64,000 nucleotides of DNA from an uncultured Solirubrobacteraceae bacterium (GTDB taxonomy: Bacteria; Actinomycetota; Thermoleophilia; Solirubrobacterales; Solirubrobacteraceae): the NCBI GenBank assembly GCA_963745635.1, contig CAVUYF010000013.1, positions 273,369 to 337,368 on the forward strand, written 5' to 3'. Below are positions 54,693 through 64,000 of this stretch, in pieces; the first letter of the stretch is position 1, and every line of letters starts with the position of its first letter. Under the pieces are notes generated by a model. The model saw only the letters and a list, made by a program, of their open reading frames with translations. It was not told the DNA's origin and made no database searches. Made by a program: the position numbers and the translations under genes.

Positions 54693-57600
54693 ATGGATGA
54701 GCGCAGGGAGGATGGGAGCGCAGATGGGGCAGGTAGGCGAGCCGCGCGCAGCCGCGTAAGTGCTCCTCGCCGGCTAGCGGGCATCGCGCTGCTGGCGCTG
54801 GCACTCGCCCCGGCGGTCGTGATCGAGACCTCCACTGCTTCCGGCCAGGGCGGGCTGGTCCGCATCGGCGCCGCCCCCCGCATCCCGACAGGCGCAGTGA
54901 ACGTCGGGGCGACGCCCGCCGGCTCGACGGTCGCGGGCGCGGTACTGGTGCGCCCACGCGACGGTCAGGCGCTCGAAAGCTTCATCACGCAGGCGACAAC
55001 GAAGGGCTCGGCGCAGTTCGGGCACTACCTGTCCAAGGGCCAGTTCGCGGCCCGATTCGGCCCGACGGAGGACACGATCGCCGCCATCAAGGCCCAGCTG
55101 GGCACGGATGGCCTGAACGTGCAGGGTGTGGCGGACGACGGGCTGCTCGTCCGCTTCTCCGGCTCCGCCACACGCGTGGCGAGCGCTTTCGCCACCGGCC
55201 TGGACGACTACAGGCTGGCGAATGGCAGGCTCGCACGCGCGAGCACGTCGGCGCCGGCGCTGCCGCCGGCGCTCGCGAGCTCGGTTGCAAGCGTCGTCGG
55301 CCTGGACGAAGTGGTCCGCCCCCACCCGCTGCTGGTGCGCCCGAAGACCTCACGTGAGCAGGCCTACCCTGCCTCGAAGTCGGGTAGCTTCGCGCACCCC
55401 GCCGGCTCGCCTCGGCCGTGCCGTGCGGCGAGGGTCTCCGCGGAAGAAGCGGGTGGTCTGACCCAGGACCAGATCGCCGACGCGTATGGCGCGTTCGGCC
55501 TGTATGCCGTGGGCGACACGGGCGCGGGAGCGCACATCGGCATCTACGAGCAGGAACCGTTCGCCACCTCCGATATCAGCCATTTCGACAGCTGCTACTT
55601 CGGGGCGACCGCCGCGGCGAGCATGATCGGCCGCCTGAACGTCATCCCGGTGGAAGGGGGCTCGCCCCAGGGGCCCGGCGAGGGCGAGGCGGTCCTCGAC
55701 GTGGAGGACGTCTCCGCGATGGCACCCGGCGCGAGCATCGACGTGTACGAGGCGCCGGAATCGATCGCCGGCGAACTCGCGGAGATCACGGCGATGGTCG
55801 ACGAAGACCGCGACCAGATCATCACCTCCAGCTGGGGCGAGCCGTGCGAGCAGGAGGCGCAGGACGGCGAGCCGGGCGTCCAGCAGGCCGAGAGCGACCT
55901 CTTCCAGCAGGCGGCCGCCCAGGGACAGACGTTCCTGAACGCCGCCGGCGACACGGGCAGCGACGCGTGCGAAGAAGTACACCGCGAAGTGACGGTGCAG
56001 CCGGGGCAGAACCCCGTCTCCACGACCGAACTCGCGAGCCAGCCGTATGTACTGGCGGTGGGCGGGACGACGATCACAGACGCAGCCACGCAGCCGGCGC
56101 AGGAGCACGTGTGGAACGACGGACCCGAAGGTGGCGGGGGCGGCGGCGGCATCTCGCAGTCGTGGGCGATGCCGAGCTGGCAGCGCGACTCCACCGTCCC
56201 CGGGATCGCGCTGCCGGGGAGCGCCGACTACACGAACGCCGCCGGTGTCGAGCAGCACTTCGGCTACCCGACGGGGTTCTGCGACTCGACGCTGCCGGGC
56301 GCCACTGCCACCACTCCCTGCAGGCTGGTGCCCGATGTCTCGGCGCAGGCGGACGAGTACACGGGCGCGCCGACTTTCTACAGCGAGGCGTTCAAGGCGG
56401 AAGGGTTCAAGAGCGGCTGGATCCCGATCGGCGGGACCTCCTCCGCCAGCCCGATCTGGGCGGCGATGCTCGCGCTCGCCGACGCCTCTCCCACGTGCAA
56501 GTCGAATCCGGCGACGTCGTCGGGGGTCGGCTTCGACAGCCCGCTGCTGTACGGGATCGCCTCGAACCCCACCGAGTACGCGGCCTCGTTCAACGACATC
56601 ACGGAAGGCAACAACGACGTGTACGGCCTCGACGGCGGCAAGGTGTACCCGGCCACACCCGGATACGACACGGCCTCGGGGCTGGGCTCGCCGCGGATGA
56701 CGGGGCCCGGCGGCTCGGCAGGCCTCGCCTACTACCTGTGCAGCTACGCGGCGCAGGCGAGCAGACCGACGGTCAGCGCCCTCTCCCCCAGCTCCGGCAC
56801 GACGGCTGGTGGAGAGAGCGTGAAGGTCACGGGGACGGGCTTCGAGAGCGCTGGCACGCCGGACGTTGCAGGCGTGCAGGTCGGGACCTGGCACGCGGTG
56901 GAAGCATCGATCCACGTCCTCAGCTCCACGTCCCTGATCGTGACACTGCCACCAGCGCGCGACACGCTGCCGGCGGGTGCGCCCGCCCCGCAGGAAGGCG
57001 CGGGCGCGGTGGACGTGATCGTCACGCTGAGCGACGGGCAGTCCAGCGCGGCGGGGCCGGGCTCCCGCTTCGAGTACGTGGACACCAGCCACTCCGGCAA
57101 CCTGCCGAACGTCACGGGCCTCAGCCCGACCGGCGGCAACGAGGCCACCCCGACCGCGGTGACGCTCCTGGGCTCCGACTTCACGGGCGCCACCAGCGTG
57201 AGCTTCGGTGGCGTCGACGCCACCAGCTTCGAGGTCCTGGGCGACTCGCAGATCCTCGTGACGCCTCCGCCCTACTCCTCACACACCGCATGCACCCCGC
57301 TCCCCACGACTGGCGTGTACGCGGGCGAGAATGCGAGCAACGACATCTGCCAGGTGCAGGTGGTCGTCCACGACGCCGCCGGAGCCAGCACGGCCGGCCA
57401 GATCCTGCCGCCGTTCGAGGGTGCGCCGACCTACGAACAGGACGGCGCGCGCGTGGCGCCGCCGGGCTGTGGGTGCGAGGTCTACCCGGCGCCAACGGAG
57501 TACGACTACGCACCCACCCCCAAGATCGCGTCGGCCTCGACGTCGGCCGGCCCGGCAAGCCTCGCGAGTGAGACGGGCGGCACGCTCGTGACGGTCCACG

Positions 57601-58445
57601 GCAGCGGCCTCGACCATTCGACGTTCGACTACGCCTTCTTCGGCGAAGCGGGCGTTGAATCCTCAGTGGACTACGAAGTCGCGTTCGCCAGTGGCACCGA
57701 GATGCAGATCCTGGCGCCGGCGCTCGTCGAATCGGCCGAATCGGCGACCGTGGGTCCGACGAGCTTGCCGTTCTCGGTTCGCACGCTGGCGGGCGACTCG
57801 ACGCCGATATCGGTGCAGTACGCGGGGGTGCCAAAGGTCTCGGGCGTAGAAAACACAGCCAATAAGATCAGGCTGGAAGGGATGAGCGGCGCCGTCGACA
57901 CGGGCGGCGCGCCGCTGGCTATCGCCGGCAAGGGGATGCTCGGCCAGGTCACGCTGGTGCGGTTCGACGACAGCGAGAGCCCACCGTCGGAAGGCACCAA
58001 CTACAGCTTCTCGGTGGCGAGCAACAAGAGGCTGACCACGCAGACGGTCTCACAGAACCCAGCTCTGGCGAACGTCCAGGTCTGCACCGTCACAGGCTGC
58101 AGCACGATATCCACGGCGGACCTGCTGTTCCTGTATCCGCCCGGCCAGCCTGACGTCGAATCCCTGAAGCCGAGCTCGGGAAGCGCGGCGGGCGGCACGA
58201 AAGTAGTCGTACATGGCCAGAACCTGGGATGCCCGCTGGCGGTCGCGTTCGGTAGCAGCGAAGCTGCGTCTTTCACCCCGGTGCAGGCGCTCCTGGCCTG
58301 CGGTTCGACGACCACCGTGGACGCGGTCTCGCCGGCCGGAACCGCCGGCGCGAAGGTGCCGGTGACGGTCACCACCGCGGAGAGCTATTTCACAGGCACC
58401 GGCGACGGGCCGACGAAGGCGCTGTTCACGTATACGAGCCCGTAG
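54693..58445 (+). CDS. Secreted sedolisin (peptidase S53) with prodomain and multiple IPT/TIG domains
   Basis: Activation prodomain (YLS..QF.ARFGP), EAVLDVE, AAGDTG, GGTSSASP, GYDTASGLG, repeated P.V..LSP.SG...GG..V...G..F. Start position approximate. Confidence 0.88.
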   Translation: MDERREDGSADGAGRRAARSRVSAPRRLAGIALLALALAPAVVIETSTASGQGGLVRIGAAPRIPTGAVNVGATPAGSTVAGAVLVRPRDGQALESFITQATTKGSAQFGHYLSKGQFAARFGPTEDTIAAIKAQLGTDGLNVQGVADDGLLVRFSGSATRVASAFATGLDDYRLANGRLARASTSAPALPPALASSVASVVGLDEVVRPHPLLVRPKTSREQAYPASKSGSFAHPAGSPRPCRAARVSAEEAGGLTQDQIADAYGAFGLYAVGDTGAGAHIGIYEQEPFATSDISHFDSCYFGATAAASMIGRLNVIPVEGGSPQGPGEGEAVLDVEDVSAMAPGASIDVYEAPESIAGELAEITAMVDEDRDQIITSSWGEPCEQEAQDGEPGVQQAESDLFQQAAAQGQTFLNAAGDTGSDACEEVHREVTVQPGQNPVSTTELASQPYVLAVGGTTITDAATQPAQEHVWNDGPEGGGGGGGISQSWAMPSWQRDSTVPGIALPGSADYTNAAGVEQHFGYPTGFCDSTLPGATATTPCRLVPDVSAQADEYTGAPTFYSEAFKAEGFKSGWIPIGGTSSASPIWAAMLALADASPTCKSNPATSSGVGFDSPLLYGIASNPTEYAASFNDITEGNNDVYGLDGGKVYPATPGYDTASGLGSPRMTGPGGSAGLAYYLCSYAAQASRPTVSALSPSSGTTAGGESVKVTGTGFESAGTPDVAGVQVGTWHAVEASIHVLSSTSLIVTLPPARDTLPAGAPAPQEGAGAVDVIVTLSDGQSSAAGPGSRFEYVDTSHSGNLPNVTGLSPTGGNEATPTAVTLLGSDFTGATSVSFGGVDATSFEVLGDSQILVTPPPYSSHTACTPLPTTGVYAGENASNDICQVQVVVHDAAGASTAGQILPPFEGAPTYEQDGARVAPPGCGCEVYPAPTEYDYAPTPKIASASTSAGPASLASETGGTLVTVHGSGLDHSTFDYAFFGEAGVESSVDYEVAFASGTEMQILAPALVESAESATVGPTSLPFSVRTLAGDSTPISVQYAGVPKVSGVENTANKIRLEGMSGAVDTGGAPLAIAGKGMLGQVTLVRFDDSESPPSEGTNYSFSVASNKRLTTQTVSQNPALANVQVCTVTGCSTISTADLLFLYPPGQPDVESLKPSSGSAAGGTKVVVHGQNLGCPLAVAFGSSEAASFTPVQALLACGSTTTVDAVSPAGTAGAKVPVTVTTAESYFTGTGDGPTKALFTYTSP

Positions 58446-58521
58446 CGGCAGATGGGCGAGGGCGCTCGACGCCCAGCGTCTCGTACATACGTCCAAAAAA
58501 ATGCCAAAGGGCAATTTCTCC

Positions 58522-58550
58522 TTGAATCCGGCGCCGGCGATCCGCACACT
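58522..58550 (+). promoter_or_regulatory. Putative promoter TTGAAT-N17-CACACT upstream of the riboswitch
   Basis: Hexamers at 58522-58527 and 58545-58550. Confidence 0.45.
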
Positions 58551-58568
58551 GCGCCTCCGATCAACAGT

Positions 58569-58639
58569 CTGAAGGGGCAAACCCGTCGTGAGGCGGGGTC
58601 GCAAAGTCAGGGGTCTCACTGAGACAGCCCGATTGCCAG
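58569..58639 (+). ncRNA. c-di-GMP-I (GEMM) riboswitch
   Basis: GGCAAACCCGTC-GTGA-GGCGGGGTCGCAAAG...GGTCTCACTGAGACAGCC...TTGCC matches the GEMM-I consensus (P2 with GNRA loop, GCAAA junction, P3). P1 is CTG/CAG. Confidence 0.9.
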
Positions 58640-58658
58640 CCAAGCAAGGAGGCTCGCC

Positions 58659-59177
58659 GTGATACCCCAGTCAGACACGCCGCACCGCCCAGCCGTCCGC
58701 GCCGAGCGGGGCTCCATTCACGCCCGTGACTGCCTGGCGCGCCTGACCGACGGGAGCGACGGCTTCTCACTCCCCGAACTGCTGGTCGTGTTGCTGATCA
58801 TCGGCGTCCTCGCCGCGATCGCGATTCCGGCTTTTCTGAGCACGACCACGAATGCGAACGACGCACAGGCGAAGGAACTGGTGCGCAACGCGCAGACGAC
58901 GGCTGAGACGATCGCGAACGAACACGGTGGCAGCTATGCGAACGTCACGGCGACTGAACTGGCCGCGGTGGAGCCGACGATCGCGATCACGGAAAGCAAG
59001 CAGCACGCCTGGCTGAGCAATGCGACCCCCGGCGCCAACGGATACTCGATCACCGCCACAGCCACCGACGGCGACGAACTGACGATCAGTCGGGCCGCCG
59101 ATGGGACGGTCACGCGCACCTGCCAAAGCCCGGAACTCAAGACCGGCTGCTCGGGAGCGGAACACTCGAGCTGGTAA
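58659..59177 (+). CDS. Type IV pilin (prepilin N-terminal cleavage/methylation domain)
   Basis: G|FSLPELLVVLLIIGVLAAIAIP class III signal; C-terminal Cys pair; AAGGAGG RBS. Confidence 0.9.
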   Translation: MIPQSDTPHRPAVRAERGSIHARDCLARLTDGSDGFSLPELLVVLLIIGVLAAIAIPAFLSTTTNANDAQAKELVRNAQTTAETIANEHGGSYANVTATELAAVEPTIAITESKQHAWLSNATPGANGYSITATATDGDELTISRAADGTVTRTCQSPELKTGCSGAEHSSW

Positions 59178-59360
59178 CGACTTGGGGGAGACACGCGCGG
59201 CCCTTGGGGAGGGGCCGGCGAGAGGGAGCGCACCAGCCTCCGCGGATCTCAGGGGTCTCGCGGGGGCTGGGCGTGCGTCAGGCTCGCTAGGTTGACAGCG
59301 CACCGGTCTCGGCCTTCGCGTCGGCCATGCCGCTCGTCATCGAAAGGAGCTGAGATAGTC

Positions 59361-60896
59361 GTGTCTCGCAGTCTGAACTGGTGGGGTTGGGGCTTCGAGG
59401 ACGCGCGGCCGAGGGCGCAGGACATGGCGGCCACGGTCGTCGAGACGCTCGGCTTCGGCTCGACCGACATCGAGCAACCCGTCGCTTTCGACTCGATCGA
59501 GCTTCCGCCACCCCGACTCGAGTCCCCGTTCGCCACTGGCAAGCGGGACCGGATGCGCCACGCGTACGGTCGCTCCTACCTCGACACCGTGCGGGCCTTC
59601 CGCGGCCGTTTCGATCACGTGCCCGACGCGGTGGCGTACGTGCGATCGGAGAGCGAGGTCGAGCGTGCGCTCGAGTGGGCCGCGTCGCGCAACGCGGCGG
59701 TGATCCCCTACGGCGGCGGCACGAGCGTGTGCGGTGGCGTCGAGCCGGCGGTCCCCTCGCGCTTCGACGGCGTCCTGTCACTGGACGTCTCGCAGATGAA
59801 CCGCGTCCTGGAGGTGGACGACGTCTCGCGCGCGGCGCTGATCCAGGCGGGCCCGACAGGACCGTCGCTGGAGGCCCAGCTCCGTGAGCACGGCATGACG
59901 ATGAGGTTCTTCCCCCAGTCGTTCGAGCTGGCGACGCTGGGCGGCATGATCGCGACCCGCGCGGGAGGGCACTTCGCGACGCTGTGGACGCACATCGACG
60001 ATCTGGTCGAGTCTGTGCGCGCGATCACCCCGAGTGGCGCATGGGAGTCGCGACGGCTACCGGGAAGCGGCGCGGGGCCCTCACCCGATCGGCTCCTGCT
60101 CGGCAGCGAGGGCATCCTTGGCGTGATCACTCAGGCGTGGATGCGAGTGCAACCACGACCGACGCATCGCGCGTCGCGGGCGGTCCGCTTCGAGAGCTTC
60201 CTGCGCGGGGCTGAGGCGGTTCGCGAGCTTTCACAATCGGGGCTGCATCCAGCCAACTGTCGCCTGGTGGACGAGCTGGAGGCGCGGCAGACTGGCATGG
60301 GTGACGGTGGGCAGGCGGTGCTGGTACTGGGCTTCGAGTCGACCGATCATCCCGTCGACTCCCAGCTTCGTCGGGCACTCGAGATCTGTGCCGGACACGG
60401 CGGTGGCGCGGACGAGCAGCGCGAAGGCGGAGGATCGGTCGCTGCCTGGCGGGATGCATTTCTGGCGATGCCGTACCTGCGCGACGTGCTGCTCCAATGC
60501 GGCGTGCTGAGCGACACGTTCGAGACCGCCATCACATGGGAGCGCTTCCCCGCCTTCCACCACGCGGTGCTGAACGCAACGCGCGAGGCGCTGGGAGAGC
60601 CATGCCGCGTGTCGTGCCGCTTCACGCACGTCTACCCGGACGGCCCCGCCCCTTACTACACGGTCCTCGCTCCGGCCCGTCGGGGAGACGAGCTCGCGCA
60701 GTGGCAGGAGATGAAGCGTGCGGCGAGCGATGCGATCCTCGCCGCCGGTGGAACCATCACCCACCATCACGCAGTGGGCCGCGACCACAGGCCCTGGTAC
60801 GACGAGCAGCGCCCCGATCTGTTCGCCGGCGCGCTCCGCGCGGTCAAGGGCGTGCTGGACCCGCAGGGCCTGCTCAACCCGGACGTGCTGGTGTAG
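59361..60896 (+). CDS. FAD-binding oxidoreductase, alkyl-DHAP synthase-like
   Basis: PYGGGTSV, FPQSFE.ATLGG, GSEGILG, THVYPDG, ITHHHAVG (HHH motif). Confidence 0.85.
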   Translation: MSRSLNWWGWGFEDARPRAQDMAATVVETLGFGSTDIEQPVAFDSIELPPPRLESPFATGKRDRMRHAYGRSYLDTVRAFRGRFDHVPDAVAYVRSESEVERALEWAASRNAAVIPYGGGTSVCGGVEPAVPSRFDGVLSLDVSQMNRVLEVDDVSRAALIQAGPTGPSLEAQLREHGMTMRFFPQSFELATLGGMIATRAGGHFATLWTHIDDLVESVRAITPSGAWESRRLPGSGAGPSPDRLLLGSEGILGVITQAWMRVQPRPTHRASRAVRFESFLRGAEAVRELSQSGLHPANCRLVDELEARQTGMGDGGQAVLVLGFESTDHPVDSQLRRALEICAGHGGGADEQREGGGSVAAWRDAFLAMPYLRDVLLQCGVLSDTFETAITWERFPAFHHAVLNATREALGEPCRVSCRFTHVYPDGPAPYYTVLAPARRGDELAQWQEMKRAASDAILAAGGTITHHHAVGRDHRPWYDEQRPDLFAGALRAVKGVLDPQGLLNPDVLV

Positions 60897-60919
60897 AGCG
60901 AGCAGGCTAGGCTCGCGCC

Positions 60920-62296
60920 ATGCGCTCAGGAGAGCTGGGTTTCTGGTGGCGGTCGCTCGGAGGCCCACCGCCGCGGCGCCCACCCTTGAGCGCGTCCACG
61001 CGCGCCGATGTCGCGATCGTTGGCGCGGGCTTCACGGGGCTCTGGACGGCCTACTACCTCAAGCGCGCGCAGCCGGATCTTCGAATCGTGGTGCTGGAGC
61101 GCGAGACGGCCGGGTTCGGGGCCTCTGGACGCAACGGCGGCTGGGTTTCCGGCTTCTTCTCCGGCCCCGGCCGGGTCTACGCACGCCGCGGCGGGCCTGA
61201 GGGCGTGCGGCGGCTGCGCCGGGCGATGATCGACACCGTTGGCGAGATCGCGGGCGTGCTCGACGAGCACGCGATCGATGCCGACTTCGTGCACAACGGA
61301 CAACTGAGTGTCGCCCTCAACCGCGCGCAACTGCAACGCATTCGCGGGGAGGTCGCCGCGGCTCGCGCTGAGGGCCTGGGCGAGCAGGATCTGCGCGAGC
61401 TGGACGCTGCTGAGCTATCGGGGCGGCTATCGGTCGACGGCGCGCTCGGAGCGAGCTTCTCGCCGCACGTCGCGCGGGTCCATCCGGCGAAGCTGGTGCT
61501 GGGGCTGGCCCGTGTGGTGGAGGAGCTGGGCGTGGAGATACACGAGGCCACAACGGTCCGTGCGATACGTCCGCGGGAAGCCCTCACCGATGTTGGAGTC
61601 CTCCACGCGCGTTGGGTGGTGCGGGCGACCGAGGGCTACACGTCCTCGCTTCGCGGGCTGCGCAGGATGCTGGTGCCCATGAACAGCTCAATGGTCGTGA
61701 CGGAGCCGGTCGATCGCGGCCTCTGGGAGCAGATAGGCTGGCGGGCCTGTGAGCTCTTGAGCGATGCCGCCCACGCCTACGTCTACCTGCAGCGCACGTC
61801 CGATGGGCGGATCGCGATCGGCGGCCGCGGAGTCCCCTACCGCTACGGCTCGCGCAACGACGGGGCTGGTGCGACGGCTGTGAGGACTGTCCGGAGTCTT
61901 CACGACAAGCTGCTGGCGATGTTCCCGGCGCTGCAGGGAGTCCGGCTCGAGCACGCGTGGTCGGGCGTGCTCGGCGTGCCGCGCGACTGGTGCGTGTCGG
62001 TCGATGCCGACAGCTCGAGCGGCCTGGCCTGGGCCGGTGGCTATGTCGGCGAGGGGGTTGCTGCGGCCAACCTGGCCGCACGCACGCTGCGGGACCTGAT
62101 CCTGGACCGCCGCACGGAGCTGACCTCGCTTCCCTGGACGGGCCGGCGGCCTCGGCGTTGGGAGCCGGAGCCGTTGCGGTGGGCATCGATCCGCGGGGTA
62201 TACGCGCTCTACCGTCAGGCCGACCGCATGGAGCGCCACGGAGGGCGGCCCTCGCGCCTCGGGCTGCTCGTCGACGCCCTGTCGGGACGGACGTAA
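60920..62296 (+). CDS. FAD-dependent amine oxidoreductase (PuuB/DadA-like)
   Basis: GAGFTG, GASGRNGG, RATEGY, YLQRT.DGR, WEPEP.RW. Confidence 0.85.
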   Translation: MRSGELGFWWRSLGGPPPRRPPLSASTRADVAIVGAGFTGLWTAYYLKRAQPDLRIVVLERETAGFGASGRNGGWVSGFFSGPGRVYARRGGPEGVRRLRRAMIDTVGEIAGVLDEHAIDADFVHNGQLSVALNRAQLQRIRGEVAAARAEGLGEQDLRELDAAELSGRLSVDGALGASFSPHVARVHPAKLVLGLARVVEELGVEIHEATTVRAIRPREALTDVGVLHARWVVRATEGYTSSLRGLRRMLVPMNSSMVVTEPVDRGLWEQIGWRACELLSDAAHAYVYLQRTSDGRIAIGGRGVPYRYGSRNDGAGATAVRTVRSLHDKLLAMFPALQGVRLEHAWSGVLGVPRDWCVSVDADSSSGLAWAGGYVGEGVAAANLAARTLRDLILDRRTELTSLPWTGRRPRRWEPEPLRWASIRGVYALYRQADRMERHGGRPSRLGLLVDALSGRT

Positions 62297-62299
62297 GCC

Positions 62300-63448
62300 A
62301 TGGGGTCGCACACCGGACAGGCGCTGCAGAGTCTGCGGATCGTCGACTTCTCGCGGGTCCTTGCGGGGCCGCTGGCGACAATGGTCCTCGCAGATCTCGG
62401 CGCGGAGGTCACGAAGGTCGAGCGCCCGGGCGTGGGAGACGACACCCGTGCGTGGGGACCGCCGTATGACGAGACGGGGATGTCCACCTACTTCCAGGCG
62501 GTCAATCGCAACAAGGAGAGCGTGGCCCTCGATCTGCACGACCCGCGGGACCTCGCGCTTGCCCGCGAGCTCGTGGCAACCGCTGACGTGCTGGTGGAGA
62601 ACTTCCGCCCCGGGCTGATGGACAGCGTCGGCTTGGGCTATGGGGATCTGCGCGGCGAGAACCCGGGCCTGGTGTACTGCTCGATCACGGGCTTCGGCGC
62701 GGCAACAGCTGAGGCTGCGGCGCTGCCCGGATACGACCTGCTCGTGCAGGCGCTCGGGGGGCTGATGAGCATCACGGGCGCCCCTGAGGGCGAGCCACAG
62801 AAGGTCGGCGTTGCACTCGTGGATGTGATCTGCGGCCTGTTCGCGGCGGTGGGGATCCTGGCCGCGCTGCGCCATCGCGAACAGACCGGCGAAGGCCAGA
62901 GCGTTGAGGTCGACCTGCTCTCGTGCCTGCTGGCGGCACTGGTCAACCAGGGCTCGGCCTACACGCTGGCGGGGCAGGTCGCCAGCCGGATGGGCAGCTC
63001 GCACCCCAGCATCGCTCCCTACGAACTGCTGCATACGGCCGACGGCGATCTCGTGCTGGCGGTCGGCAACGACCGCCAGTTCCGCGCGCTCGCCGAGGTA
63101 CTCGGCTGCCCAGATCTCGCGGTCGAGGAGCGATTCGCCACCAACTCTGCCCGCGTGGCCAACCGCCGGGAGCTGCGGGCCACGCTGGAGAGTTGCCTGC
63201 AGAGCGCGTCGGCGGCTGAGTGGGCGCTGGAGCTGTCGGCTGTGCGCGTACCCGCCGGGGAGGTCAACGACATCGCGGGAGCGTTCGCGCTCGCAGAGAC
63301 GCTGGGTCTCGAGCCGATCGTCGACGTGCCCGCGCCCGACGGCCGCGTCTCGCGATTGGTGCGCAATCCGATCCGCCTGTCCGCTACGCCTCCGAGCTAC
63401 CGCAGCGCGCCTCCTGAGATGCCTTCCACGGAGAGGCGATCGGGTTGA
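62300..63448 (+). CDS. CaiB/BaiF class III CoA-transferase
   Basis: DFSRVLAGP, ADLGAEV.KVE, NRNKES, ENFRPG, GYD. Confidence 0.92.
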   Translation: MGSHTGQALQSLRIVDFSRVLAGPLATMVLADLGAEVTKVERPGVGDDTRAWGPPYDETGMSTYFQAVNRNKESVALDLHDPRDLALARELVATADVLVENFRPGLMDSVGLGYGDLRGENPGLVYCSITGFGAATAEAAALPGYDLLVQALGGLMSITGAPEGEPQKVGVALVDVICGLFAAVGILAALRHREQTGEGQSVEVDLLSCLLAALVNQGSAYTLAGQVASRMGSSHPSIAPYELLHTADGDLVLAVGNDRQFRALAEVLGCPDLAVEERFATNSARVANRRELRATLESCLQSASAAEWALELSAVRVPAGEVNDIAGAFALAETLGLEPIVDVPAPDGRVSRLVRNPIRLSATPPSYRSAPPEMPSTERRSG

Positions 63449-63472
63449 CAGCCCGCCGCTTGTGTGTAGAGT
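63445..63472 (+). promoter_or_regulatory. Sigma-A-type promoter TTGACA-N16-TAGAGT with TG extension
   Basis: Consensus -35 at 63445-63450 and -10 at 63467-63472. Confidence 0.6.
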
Positions 63473-63634
63473 GCGAGCCAAGCCGGGGGCGCCGCGCGGG
63501 GAGATCGGCGAACGGGCAGAGGATGCACGGGGACCGGCCTGAGAATCCACGTGGCTGCCGTCCGCGCAATGGGGAGCACTACTACACGCCCGGGGGCCGC
63601 GTGGTCCTGGGGTCTATGAGGAACGGAGACAGAC

Positions 63635-64000
63635 ATGAGTGGAAGGATTCCTAGGAGGGCCGCGAGGCTGGCTGTGGCTATTCTCGCGGCAACTGCCCTC
63701 TTGGCGGTCGCGGCCGGGGCAGCGAGTGCCTCAGAAGTGATCTACAACAACCTGAACACGGTGGCGCCCATAGTGAACGGGCTGCCGAACGAGGACACGC
63801 TATCGGCATCTCCCACCTACTTCCCAGTCGGAGGCATGGTGCAATTTGCCAACAAAGACCGGGGTCTAAGGAAGCTGACTACCGAGGTGGACAGCTTCAC
63901 ATGTGAATCGGGGCTCTACTCTCTCGAAAACTGCCGTACGCTTCACCCCAACAAGAAGTACTCATACGAACTGACTGCGAGTATCCACGCCGTGGGGCCG
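63635..64000 (+). CDS. Secreted hypothetical protein, 3'-truncated by the window edge (absent from the ORF track)
   Basis: ATG at 63635 after GGAG; MSGRIPRRAARLAVAILAATALLAVAAGAASA|SEVIYNNL...; frame is open to the window end. Confidence 0.75.
   Translation, partial: MSGRIPRRAARLAVAILAATALLAVAAGAASASEVIYNNLNTVAPIVNGLPNEDTLSASPTYFPVGGMVQFANKDRGLRKLTTEVDSFTCESGLYSLENCRTLHPNKKYSYELTASIHAVGP

Noticed and set aside
58569-58639. 3',3'-cGAMP-selective (GEMM-Ib) variant
   Set aside because: The P3 region recalls Geobacter examples, but the specificity position appears to be G, not A.

Overview
High-GC actinobacterial chromosomal segment. Gene content and style suggest Thermoleophilia/Solirubrobacterales; this is an inference. 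About 16 otherwise intact genes carry frameshifts, most likely uncorrected long-read indels. Order of content: Ser/Thr kinase, DedA, MarR, DoxX; a uvrC-rapZ-gap-pgk-tpiA-gpmI block; an ABC-F ATPase; lipid/redox genes with an orphan VapB-like antitoxin; a stand-alone SRA + PD-(D/E)XK putative modification-dependent endonuclease; a LexA-box-controlled imuB / small ORF / dnaE2 mutagenesis cassette; a 13-kb MCE locus; purM; an acyl-CoA dehydrogenase/esterase/BVMO/GMC/hydrolase catabolic run; a beta-propeller with an ECF sigma/anti-sigma pair; a D,D-carboxypeptidase; a sedolisin-IPT protease; a c-di-GMP-I riboswitch in front of an orphan type IV pilin; and FAD oxidoreductases plus a CoA-transferase. 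The best candidate for an undescribed system is the MCE locus (29806-42993). It encodes six MCE subunits and an ATPase but no permease, has a lytic transglycosylase fused to a degenerate M23 domain embedded among the MCE genes, and is headed by a secreted protein with strong expression signals. No tRNA, rRNA, CRISPR array or transposase was recognised.
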